Shown piece by piece: positions 21,319 to 29,709 of a DNA stretch of 64,000 nucleotides. Under the pieces are notes generated by a model. The model ran no database searches. It was not told the origin of the DNA and was given only the letters and a program-made list of their open reading frames with translations. Within the stretch, counting starts at the first letter, position 1, and every line of letters begins with the position of its first letter. Where the stretch lies: NCBI GenBank assembly GCA_963558965.1, contig CAUWIT010000008.1, positions 11,423-75,422 on the forward strand. The letters run 5' to 3'. A program made the translations under genes and the position numbers. This DNA comes from an uncultured Clostridia bacterium (GTDB taxonomy: Bacteria > Bacillota > Clostridia > Peptostreptococcales > Anaerovoracaceae).

Positions 21319-21446
21319 AATCATTAGTCCGGCTGCCTTCACCGTCTTTATTCGTTGGCATTTTTCAGCTGCCTTCACTGTCTTTATTCGTTGGCATTTA
21401 TACAGCTGCCTTCACTGTCTTTATTCGTTGGCACTTACTAATGATT
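21319..21446 (-). repeat. Three 29-bp direct repeats (period 36/37 bp) enclosed by a 10-bp inverted repeat; candidate structured ncRNA
   Basis: Copies at 21332-21360, 21368-21396 and 21405-21433; AATCATTAGT 21319-21328 / ACTAATGATT 21437-21446. Confidence 0.9.
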
Positions 21447-21452
21447 TACACC

Positions 21453-21481
21453 AGTTTAACATATATTTTATGGAATATCAA
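21453..21481 (-). promoter_or_regulatory. Sigma-A promoter pointing into the triple repeat
   Basis: TTGATA (21476-21481), 17 bp, extended -10 TGT-TAAACT (21453-21461); predicted start about 21446-21447, at the closing stem. Confidence 0.6.
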
Positions 21482-21512
21482 GTCCAGCTAATTTAATGAT
21501 TTTAATAATTAT

Positions 21513-22064
21513 TTAAATATAGCAAAACATATCTTTCGCCATTTGCCATAGCTCGTGTAGTAGGTTGTTGTATAGCCCGACCCATTTTTTTGGTTCTTCT
21601 ACTTGCATTTGTGGTGTCATCCCCCAAGATTTTTTCATTTTCGGTTCTTGCTCCATAACCCATTCCTTACAATCTTCTTGGACCTGTAATAGGTGATTTA
21701 TTAATGTTCCCTCTATATAGCCTCTATACAGAAAGTCCCAATCTTATTCCGTATACGCGCAGGATAGATAGCTTAATCTTGCCTTGCCAAATTGGTCCAA
21801 TTTTCCTTCAAATTCCTCTAGTATTATTTCTTCCATTCTGGCTGCTATTTCTTCTGTACTCGCACAATCGTGGAACTCTGACCCTATACAATACATCTCT
21901 TGTTTTTGGTCTTGTTCTATTAGCTGATTTATCAACTCTTCTTCCGTTAAAGCTAGGGGCAATTGATTTAATATCTCTTTTGCCATTTTCTCTACTGATA
22001 AATTCGCTGCTTCGTTGTCTTCTATTCTGTATTTCAATGCTGCCGAGTAAGTTATCATCTTCAT
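21513..22064 (-). pseudogene. TnpV-like protein with N-terminal extension, interrupted by an in-frame TAA at 21744-21746
   Basis: Read-through of the stop continues in frame: FGKARLSYL...E*DWDFLYRGYIEGTLINHLLQVQEDC...WVGLYNNL, resembling TnpV-family GKYGRMR..YL / WV..MNNI motifs. Confidence 0.65.
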
Positions 22065-22149
22065 ATCTATTCTCCTGTCTGTCGCTTTTTTAGTTTGTTA
22101 TATTTTGTATTTTCTTTTGTTGCTAAAACTTTACAGATAATTTATTACA

Positions 22150-23375
22150 GTTTTAGAATAACGAAAAACTTGAAGGTACTAAAACCAATCTACAATAGTA
22201 GAAATTGCTTATATTAGTTTTACAGTAACGGAAAACTTAAGGGTACTAAAACTTATTTGCCATTTTGTTTCTCCTTCTATTCGTTTTACAGTAACGGAAA
22301 ACTTAAGGGTACTAAAACCTATGACTATAGGAGAAATAATAAAAAACTAGTTTTACAGTAACGGAAAACTTAAGGGTACTAAAACAAATCGATTCCATGT
22401 TTATCAGATGAAATAGTTTTACAGTAACGGAAAACTTAAGGGTACTAAAACCCATCAACTTCTACCTGGTTAAATCTAAACGTTTTACAGTAACGGAAAA
22501 CTTAAGGGTACTAAAACACTTGTTCTAACAATTCTTCAAGCGATATCGTTTTACAGTAACGGAAAACTTAAGGGTACTAAAACTATACCTCCCACTATAC
22601 AATAACATAAAATGTTTTACAGTAACGGAAAACTTAAGGGTACTAAAACTATAATGGAGTTGAACTTAAGGAAAGGAGGGTTTTACAGTAACGGAAAACT
22701 TAAGGGTACTAAAACAATTTTATGCTGTGCGCTCCGTCCCAACTAGTTTTACAGTAACGGAAAACTTAAGGGTACTAAAACGAATAGCAATAAAAGAACT
22801 ATATAATAACAGTTTTACAGTAACGGAAAACTTAAGGGTACTAAAACTGAAATTATAAAAGGTACTGAAGCACTAGAGTTTTACAGTAACGGAAAACTTA
22901 AGGGTACTAAAACTCACAAACATTTGATATTACATTCAATGGTGTTTTACAGTAACGGAAAACTTAAGGGTACTAAAACACTTGTATTAGTGTATCGTCA
23001 ATACTTTTAGTTTTACAGTAACGGAAAACTTAAGGGTACTAAAACTGTGAGAAATGTCTACAGCTGCTTTGACAAGTTTTACAGTAACGGAAAACTTAAG
23101 GGTACTAAAACATGTTTGCCTCTGTAAGTGCTACACTTGCAGTTTTACAGTAACGGAAAACTTAAGGGTACTAAAACCAAATAGAAAGAGAAAGAATCGA
23201 CTATATTGTTTTACAGTAACGGAAAACTTAAGGGTACTAAAACGGGCTATTATCAATTAATTTGTTTATATTTGTTTTACAGTAACGGAAAACTTAAGGG
23301 TACTAAAACATGATGACTTTTGACGATCTTAAGACTTTAGTTTTACAGTAACGGAAAACTTAAGGGTACTAAAAC
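22150..23375 (-). CRISPR. Type II-A CRISPR array, 19 repeats and 18 spacers (30-31 bp)
   Basis: 36-bp repeat GTTTTAGTACCCTTAAGTTTTCCGTTACTGTAAAAC (minus strand); degenerate terminal repeat at 22150-22185 marks the trailer. Confidence 0.98.
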
Positions 23376-23403
23376 CTCAAATCGTCATTTGAAGTTTTAG
23401 TTA
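23376..23403 (-). promoter_or_regulatory. CRISPR leader with leader-anchoring sequence ATTTGAG
   Basis: ATTTGAG abuts the first repeat, matching the known S. thermophilus CRISPR1-type anchoring motif; the leader is only 28 bp. Confidence 0.75.
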
Positions 23404-24351
23404 TTATATAATTATTGTCGAATCCATGGTTATATTATCATCCATTTCGCTGTTTTTTTCAATATCAATTATAGCATTGAACATCTTTTGATCATCCTTT
23501 TTATTAATAAATTCTTCTGTTATCAGTTCAAATGAATGTCGTTCTAAAAATCCATACATTTCATATGTAGAAATATTTCCATTAATATTTTCCAAATGTT
23601 TTGATGCTTTACTACATAACAAATCAATATCCGGAATATTAACAATTCTTTTGTTCACTAAAAAATTAATTCTATCTAAATACTTATAATTTAAATACCT
23701 ACTATCAGATGTAGCAATAATCATAAATATATTATTTGATTTTTCTACCATATATGACAATTCTTGTAATTGAGATTTGTTTAAATACGTTTCAACATGA
23801 TTTAAATATAATAAGTACTTTTCACTTAAATCCGCTCCTAATTGATTTAGCAGATAAACTATTAGTTTCATCTTATCAAAAGTGTCGCCTTCAAAATCTA
23901 GTTCAAAAGTTATGTTTTTCATAGAAAAAATATCTTTTGATAAATTCTTATATTTTAATTTAAAAGCCTTATTTAATTTATATCGTTTTTCAATTAAATT
24001 AACAATAGCATAATATTGTTTTTCTAAACCTAACAGTTCATTTTTAATATCTATAGTATCTAAAAATCTATCATTGAAAATGCCTATTAATGAATCTTTT
24101 TTTAGTTCTATAAATTTCTCTACGTCTTGAAAACTATTTAGTCCAATAAAATTAAATCTTGATCTACTTAATGTTTTCCCCTCTATAAATATATTTACCT
24201 CTTCATCATTATACTTACTATTTTTCTTTGTGAAATAGTTTTCAAAAAAAGTATAAATTTGATTTGACAACTCTACATCTATAATTCCTATTTGCATATG
24301 CTTATCTGTTTCCATTAGCATAATTTTATTTTCCATTTCAAAACTAATCAT
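23404..24351 (-). CDS. csn2: Csn2, long (S. thermophilus CRISPR1-like) form
   Basis: Position after cas2 and before the array; 315 aa; LLYLNHVETYL resembles the degenerate ATPase-like segment of long Csn2. Confidence 0.75.
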   Translation of the reverse strand: MISFEMENKIMLMETDKHMQIGIIDVELSNQIYTFFENYFTKKNSKYNDEEVNIFIEGKTLSRSRFNFIGLNSFQDVEKFIELKKDSLIGIFNDRFLDTIDIKNELLGLEKQYYAIVNLIEKRYKLNKAFKLKYKNLSKDIFSMKNITFELDFEGDTFDKMKLIVYLLNQLGADLSEKYLLYLNHVETYLNKSQLQELSYMVEKSNNIFMIIATSDSRYLNYKYLDRINFLVNKRIVNIPDIDLLCSKASKHLENINGNISTYEMYGFLERHSFELITEEFINKKDDQKMFNAIIDIEKNSEMDDNITMDSTIII

Positions 24352-24674
24352 ATCACTATTATTCTTTCTGCAGTAACAACTTCTTCTATTTCACTTTTCA
24401 TTCCTAAAATTAATACCATATCATCATATTGCTTTTCAGTTATACACAACAATCTAATATTACCATTCTTAGGAGTCTCTTGACGTAATTTGCCTTCAAA
24501 TTTTTTTGCAAAGTCACGATTAGGGCATGTTCTTACATACACTGAATATTGCATCATAAAAAAACCATTTTCTATTAAAGCTTTTCTAAAATTTCTATAT
24601 TCCTTTTTTTCCTCATTAGTATCTGTAGGCAAATCAAAACAACATAATAATTTCACTCTTTCATACCTATTCAT
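24348..24674 (-). CDS. cas2: CRISPR-associated endonuclease Cas2
   Basis: FDLPT, FRKALIENGFFMMQYSVYVR, ITEKQY. Confidence 0.95.
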   Translation of the reverse strand: MNRYERVKLLCCFDLPTDTNEEKKEYRNFRKALIENGFFMMQYSVYVRTCPNRDFAKKFEGKLRQETPKNGNIRLLCITEKQYDDMVLILGMKSEIEEVVTAERIIVI

Positions 24675-25569
24675 CTATCTCTATCCTTGGAGGTAAAAAC
24701 TCTTCAATTTCACCACTTCTACAATATTTTAAAAATGAAGCAATGTATCTTTCAATAGCTACACACATCATTACACTTTGATTATTGTATTTTATTCTAC
24801 TATTTAATATATCTACTAATTTAATACGAACTTCAAGATTAAAAGACTCAATATCTTCTAAAATATTTATTACATATAAATCACAATACGGACGAAATGG
24901 TTCCATCAAATCATCTACCAAATTAAAATTATTATATTCATTTTTATGATGAACACCTATCATTCCTGATAATCCATATGCTACTACTAATCTCGCAAAA
25001 TATGCTCTTACGATAGTATAAATATAATTTAGACAAGCATTTCTAATATCCACATCATCATTTCTTACAAAATCACTTCCAAATAATGTGTTGAAATATA
25101 CTTTAGCAGCATGTCCTTCTCTATTAGTAATATCTCCAGGTTCTATTTGATTCAAATATTCCTTAAAAAGACTTATTTGTTCTGTTACACTGTCGTCCAT
25201 TATTTTTTCCATAACCGCTTTCTGATTATAAATTTTATAATAGATAATTTTACTCCAAGTTTCATCTTTAAAATTTTCAGTCCAACTAATTTGATTTTTA
25301 AAAATTTTTGTTGCTCTTGAATTAGTATTTAATCCAGTAAATATTCCATTAGGCTGATGTTTATAATCACATGTAACTAATGATATATTATATTGTGTAA
25401 ATGCATCTAACAATCTAGTAGTTATTATTGCATCTTGATTCGATACAAGAACCATACTTATATCAGATAAAGGAATCGTATATTCACTTTTTCCTTTCTT
25501 AATATATAAATTATCCATTTTAAGTCTAAGGTATTCACCTTGTTCAACCATAACTATACGCCAGCTCAT
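24667..25569 (-). CDS. cas1: CRISPR-associated integrase Cas1 (type II)
   Basis: NREGHAAKVYF, GVHHKNEYNNFNLVDDLMEPFRP. Confidence 0.96.
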   Translation of the reverse strand: MSWRIVMVEQGEYLRLKMDNLYIKKGKSEYTIPLSDISMVLVSNQDAIITTRLLDAFTQYNISLVTCDYKHQPNGIFTGLNTNSRATKIFKNQISWTENFKDETWSKIIYYKIYNQKAVMEKIMDDSVTEQISLFKEYLNQIEPGDITNREGHAAKVYFNTLFGSDFVRNDDVDIRNACLNYIYTIVRAYFARLVVAYGLSGMIGVHHKNEYNNFNLVDDLMEPFRPYCDLYVINILEDIESFNLEVRIKLVDILNSRIKYNNQSVMMCVAIERYIASFLKYCRSGEIEEFLPPRIEIDE

Positions 25570-25585
25570 ATCAATTACTCCTAAA

Positions 25586-25683
25586 GAAAAAAGGAGAGGA
25601 AATCCTCTCCTTTTGAATTCGGCATTAAGCCTTATTTTAGTAGGCCCTCAAGCCTTTCGTTACTGTACAAGGCGTCCCTTGTA
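25586..25683 (-). ncRNA. tracrRNA
   Basis: Anti-repeat 25634-25668 complementary to the crRNA repeat; nexus AAGGCUUAAUGCCG; terminator AAAAGGAGAGG-AUUU-CCUCUCCUUUUUU; promoter TTGATA(25712-25717)-17-TATAAT(25689-25694). Confidence 0.9.
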
Positions 25684-25697
25684 CTTACATTATACAA

Positions 25698-28600
25698 TTA
25701 AATCATTTTATTATCAAGAGAAAATTCTAATTTTAATTCTTCACTTTTTACTTTATACATATTTCCCAAAATATCTACATTATATTTTTCAAATACGCTT
25801 ATATCCTTTCTCAAACTTCTAAATATCTGTTTACTATTTTTTTTATCCAAATATTTAACTTCAAAAGTATTTTTATTTGCGTGATTTTTTGACAAAAATC
25901 TGAAAAATTCAGTTTCTTCTTCTGTACCATATTTAACAACATTATTTTTGTATAAACTAAATTTAAATTCATGGCCATTTTTTACCAAATCAGAAATATG
26001 TTGACCTTCTGATAACAGTTTTTCACTAATTAATAGTTCTTCATATCTTTTAATTGGTAAAACATATTTACCATTTTCAAATTTAAAATCATTATATCTT
26101 ATTGGAACTATATTAAATCTATTATTCACTTTATCATAATAAACATCACTTCTATATGGTTTTAAACTTAATAAAACCACTTTATTCTTTGTGTTTTTAT
26201 AATTATTAGAAATATCTATATGTTTACCTAATTTATTATCTAAATATTTTAAGGTCTTAATTTCAGGGCCGTTATTTTTCTTAGAATATTTCTTAATCGG
26301 TCCAAAATTATCTCTGTACTTAACAAATGGATTTACAGGCTTGCCCTTTTCATCTTTTTCACCATCATACATATCAATTATAGATAATAATTGACTCCAA
26401 GTTTGTGAATCATGTTTACTCATCAAAAATTTATCTGGATTTTTTTTGATTTTTTCAACCAATTTATCATCATACAAATCAATAGTAGCTACAATATATA
26501 TTTCTCCATCAACTTCTCTAGTACTATATATTGTTTGATTTGATACACTTCTATTGATTTTTTTATCTAATTTGTGTGATATTTTTATATCATCATAAAT
26601 TCGTTCTATCTTTTTTCGAGCATTATATCCACCTTCACTTAAATAATTCGCTTGTTCATCATTATCTAATTCTGATAATTTATCTTTATTTAAGATTTCT
26701 CCTGTTTCTAAATTAATAAAATCGTTTGAGTATTTACCTAAAGATAGTTCTGTAAAGCAACATATCATAGCATCAACAGCATGATGTTTATAATCTAAAT
26801 CTCTATCCTTTTCAAAACCCAAAGTCTTTTTTCTCAGCTGAGATGTTATCAATCCATTTATCACCTTAACTTTAACATCTTTATCTTTGAAAAAATTTTG
26901 AAATTCATTTAAAACAACTCTAGAAGCATATCTAGTATCATTTAAATTTCTACTAATAAACCCTTGTACGACCTTTTCCTTTGTAATGTCTTCCTCAAAT
27001 AGCATCAATTCCTTTTGTTTTTTCTGTATAAGATTTTTAGATTTCAAATCTAAAACATATTTTTTATAATTCTCATAGTCCCAATTGTCCTGTTTTTGTA
27101 ATTTTAAATACACAAAAGGAGTCATATTTGATTTATATCTATTGCAAGAATTGTGAACTACAACTTTGTTTGATTGTGAGTCGTCAAAAGATATAGAAAT
27201 AGGAATTATATGATCTATTTCATAAGCAAATGGATTATTTATCATATCATCTATCGCAATAGGCTTGCCACAATATGGACAAATACCCTGTTGTTTATAG
27301 TAACTTTTTATTTTCAATCCTAAATTTTTATCTTTTTTATAATCTACTTTTTCTTCATCAAGTCCAGCATATTGTATGGATTTTTTATATAGCTGCTCAT
27401 TATTTTTTTGTCTTTCTTTCTCTTTTTTTCTTTTGTCTTCATCATTTTTTTTTCTAGCCATTTCAATTACAATAGATTCAAAATCATATATTTTTAGTAA
27501 CTTATTTACAATAGAAACACACTCTCTTATTGCTCTTGTAACAACTGGATTATATATTTCATCTGTAATCAAATTGCTGTCAAGTTTATCACTATTATTA
27601 TTGCTATATTTTTTCAATCCCATCCTTGTAATACATGTATGCTGTTCATCACCTGTTGCAAGCATTTCTGGAACAATTTCTTTTATTAAACGGTATGAGA
27701 AACTAGACCACTTGTCAAATAATTTACCCTTTTTTCTTCTAAAGTCAATAAACACATTTATTTCTTCATCTGTTAAACTTTTAACTTTATCATACTCTTT
27801 AGATTCTTCATCGTTAAAATAATCTAGTATTCCTTTAGTTTCAGTATTTAATGTCAATATATCTGCAATGGCATCCAAAGTTTCTTCAGAATATTTATTA
27901 ATATCTAAATTTCTCTCATTCAAAAATTTTCTCATTGCTCTATATACTTCAAAAGAATGATTTTCTTCTTTACCATCTCTATCAATTCTATATCCAGACA
28001 CTAATAGAGGATCTATTTTATAAAGTTTTTTGATTACTGCGGAAATTTTTACAGCTTTTGATGATTTTTTTATTTCATCAATTATCTCTAATTTTTCTTC
28101 TCTTGTTAATTTCCTTCCATCTATTTTAATGTTACATAAATCATTTAATAAATTATAATATTGCACTGTATAAGAAGCACCACTTGCCCTTAATTCTTCG
28201 TCCATACCATTTTTACCATTATAGATAGAACACTTTCCTCTTAATTCGTCAAACAAATTTAATTTTGTCTCTCCTGATGTTTTATATACTCCATAATTAG
28301 TTCTACTTTTATCGTTACCAGGACCTATATAATATTCTCTTTTTGTTTTTAATAAAGATATGTATTTTTCAATGAATTCATCTGTTATTTTATTGTGAAA
28401 ATTTTTTTGTGTTTCTAATATCTTTCTAGCTTCTTTTTCATACATACTAATAGTAAATGTATTCATAATAAACTCATCTTCAATATTATGAGTCCCTCTG
28501 AAAAAACCATATTTTTTATACCTATCCATTTGAATTTCACATGGAAATTCAAATTCGTTATTGTTAGTTAAGCTATTTAAAACATTATCATTTTCTTTCA

Positions 28601-28970
28601 CTTCTTCTAAATCCTCAAGATAATATACTCCTCTGTGTTTCATTATATTATACAAAGCAACATATAGTTCAGAAGTGGTTAGTTCTTCAGTTAATCCTTT
28701 TTGCCTTAATGCAACAGGCATATCCGTAACAAACTCTGGCTTACTTAAACCTATTGAATTTAATAAATCATCCGCTCTTTGTAACCTATGCTTTCTTCGT
28801 CTTATATTTCTTCTAATTCCTCTAAAACTTCTTCTTTCTTGATTTTTACTGGCATCTGCACTTTCAAATAATCTTACTCCTGATTCAATAATGTTTTCAC
28901 TTTCAGCTCCAACAACTGCCCAACCAACACTGGCAATACCTATATCCAAACCTAGTATCATTTTTTCCAT
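25698..28970 (-). CDS. cas9: Cas9, compact type II-A (~1090 aa)
   Basis: RuvC-I GLDIG, Arg-rich bridge helix, RuvC-II IVIEMAR, HNH EIDHIIP...N, RuvC-III HHAVDA; start 28970 after SD GAGGAG. Confidence 0.97.
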   Translation of the reverse strand: MEKMILGLDIGIASVGWAVVGAESENIIESGVRLFESADASKNQERRSFRGIRRNIRRRKHRLQRADDLLNSIGLSKPEFVTDMPVALRQKGLTEELTTSELYVALYNIMKHRGVYYLEDLEEVKENDNVLNSLTNNNEFEFPCEIQMDRYKKYGFFRGTHNIEDEFIMNTFTISMYEKEARKILETQKNFHNKITDEFIEKYISLLKTKREYYIGPGNDKSRTNYGVYKTSGETKLNLFDELRGKCSIYNGKNGMDEELRASGASYTVQYYNLLNDLCNIKIDGRKLTREEKLEIIDEIKKSSKAVKISAVIKKLYKIDPLLVSGYRIDRDGKEENHSFEVYRAMRKFLNERNLDINKYSEETLDAIADILTLNTETKGILDYFNDEESKEYDKVKSLTDEEINVFIDFRRKKGKLFDKWSSFSYRLIKEIVPEMLATGDEQHTCITRMGLKKYSNNNSDKLDSNLITDEIYNPVVTRAIRECVSIVNKLLKIYDFESIVIEMARKKNDEDKRKKEKERQKNNEQLYKKSIQYAGLDEEKVDYKKDKNLGLKIKSYYKQQGICPYCGKPIAIDDMINNPFAYEIDHIIPISISFDDSQSNKVVVHNSCNRYKSNMTPFVYLKLQKQDNWDYENYKKYVLDLKSKNLIQKKQKELMLFEEDITKEKVVQGFISRNLNDTRYASRVVLNEFQNFFKDKDVKVKVINGLITSQLRKKTLGFEKDRDLDYKHHAVDAMICCFTELSLGKYSNDFINLETGEILNKDKLSELDNDEQANYLSEGGYNARKKIERIYDDIKISHKLDKKINRSVSNQTIYSTREVDGEIYIVATIDLYDDKLVEKIKKNPDKFLMSKHDSQTWSQLLSIIDMYDGEKDEKGKPVNPFVKYRDNFGPIKKYSKKNNGPEIKTLKYLDNKLGKHIDISNNYKNTKNKVVLLSLKPYRSDVYYDKVNNRFNIVPIRYNDFKFENGKYVLPIKRYEELLISEKLLSEGQHISDLVKNGHEFKFSLYKNNVVKYGTEEETEFFRFLSKNHANKNTFEVKYLDKKNSKQIFRSLRKDISVFEKYNVDILGNMYKVKSEELKLEFSLDNKMI

Positions 28971-29345
28971 AATAATTCTCCTCATACAATAAAATAGAAA
29001 TAAATCCATAAACAATTAATTAATTTATTTGATTTATCACATGTCTCTACATCAGATATACTACCATATCTATCTACTCAATACAATTTCTTCACCACTA
29101 TTATACACTATCACCTATCCCAAAAACCGGACTTACAAAAAATATTTCAAAAAATTCTCAAAAATTTTTTCTCAAATTTTAATCTTAATAAAAACTCTAT
29201 GCCAACTAACGCCAAAAAAGCCAAATATAGCACACATCAACACAAACAATCAAAGCTTGCAATCCAAGTAAAATCAACGGATTACAAACTTTTTTTCATA
29301 GACAAGTGTCAAAGATAGGATTCACAAATCTGCCATTACAGATAA

Positions 29346-29456
29346 TTATTTACAAATCAAATAAATCACATATACAATCCAAAGTATTGCCAAAATTTTA
29401 CTAGAAACATCTATAAAACTCTTAAAATTACTTTTTATCTTTTCTTTAACCATCAT
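29346..29456 (-). CDS. Putative 36-aa small membrane protein
   Basis: MMVKEKIKSNFKSFIDVSSKILAILWIVYVIYLICK after SD-like AAAGGG; own promoter TTGACT(29561-29566)-17-TTTAAT(29538-29543). Confidence 0.45.
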   Translation of the reverse strand: MMVKEKIKSNFKSFIDVSSKILAILWIVYVIYLICK

Positions 29457-29709
29457 ATTTACGCCCTTTCGTATATACAGTAATTGGTTGCTACAACACA
29501 ACAAACACACTACAACACAAACAAGTAACTTTATCACATTAAAGCATAAAACAATACTACAGTCAACCGATTTTTAAAATCTTAATAATTCTTAAGATTT
29601 ACTTTAATACAGTAAAGTACATTGACTCAAATTAGACAAAAGTCAAACTAACCATACCGCCTTTGTGTGTTATAATACTAACTGTATATAACACAAAGGA
29701 GAAAAATTT

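Noticed and set aside
21319-21446. Triple repeat as a mini-CRISPR array, or as CreT-like mini-ORFs (MPTNKDSEGS)
   Set aside because: Linkers are 7-8 bp and nearly constant rather than unique spacers; no similarity to the local CRISPR repeat; the mini-ORFs lack an SD and a rare-codon pair
22650-22679. Spacer-borne TATAAT acting as an antisense promoter inside the array
   Set aside because: The matching -35 position in the repeat reads GGAAAA and there is no extended -10
23054-23260. 68-aa ORF with periodic TVTENLRVLK
   Set aside because: Artefact of translating across 66-bp CRISPR repeat-spacer units
25668-25690. tracr-L-type autorepressing guide in the tracrRNA 5' extension
   Set aside because: No match of GTACAAGGGACG to the cas9 upstream region was seen
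29029-29280. Strongly G-depleted plus-strand stretch and 80-aa ORF upstream of cas9
   Set aside because: Low-complexity promoter or UTR DNA; the ORF has no SD or motifs; no oriT or att site could be supported
29660-29700. CTTTGTGT...ACACAAAG inverted repeat at the DUF4317-like gene promoter as an RBS-sequestering RNA switch
   Set aside because: The left arm lies upstream of the -10 (TATAAT) and would not be transcribed; at most a DNA operator
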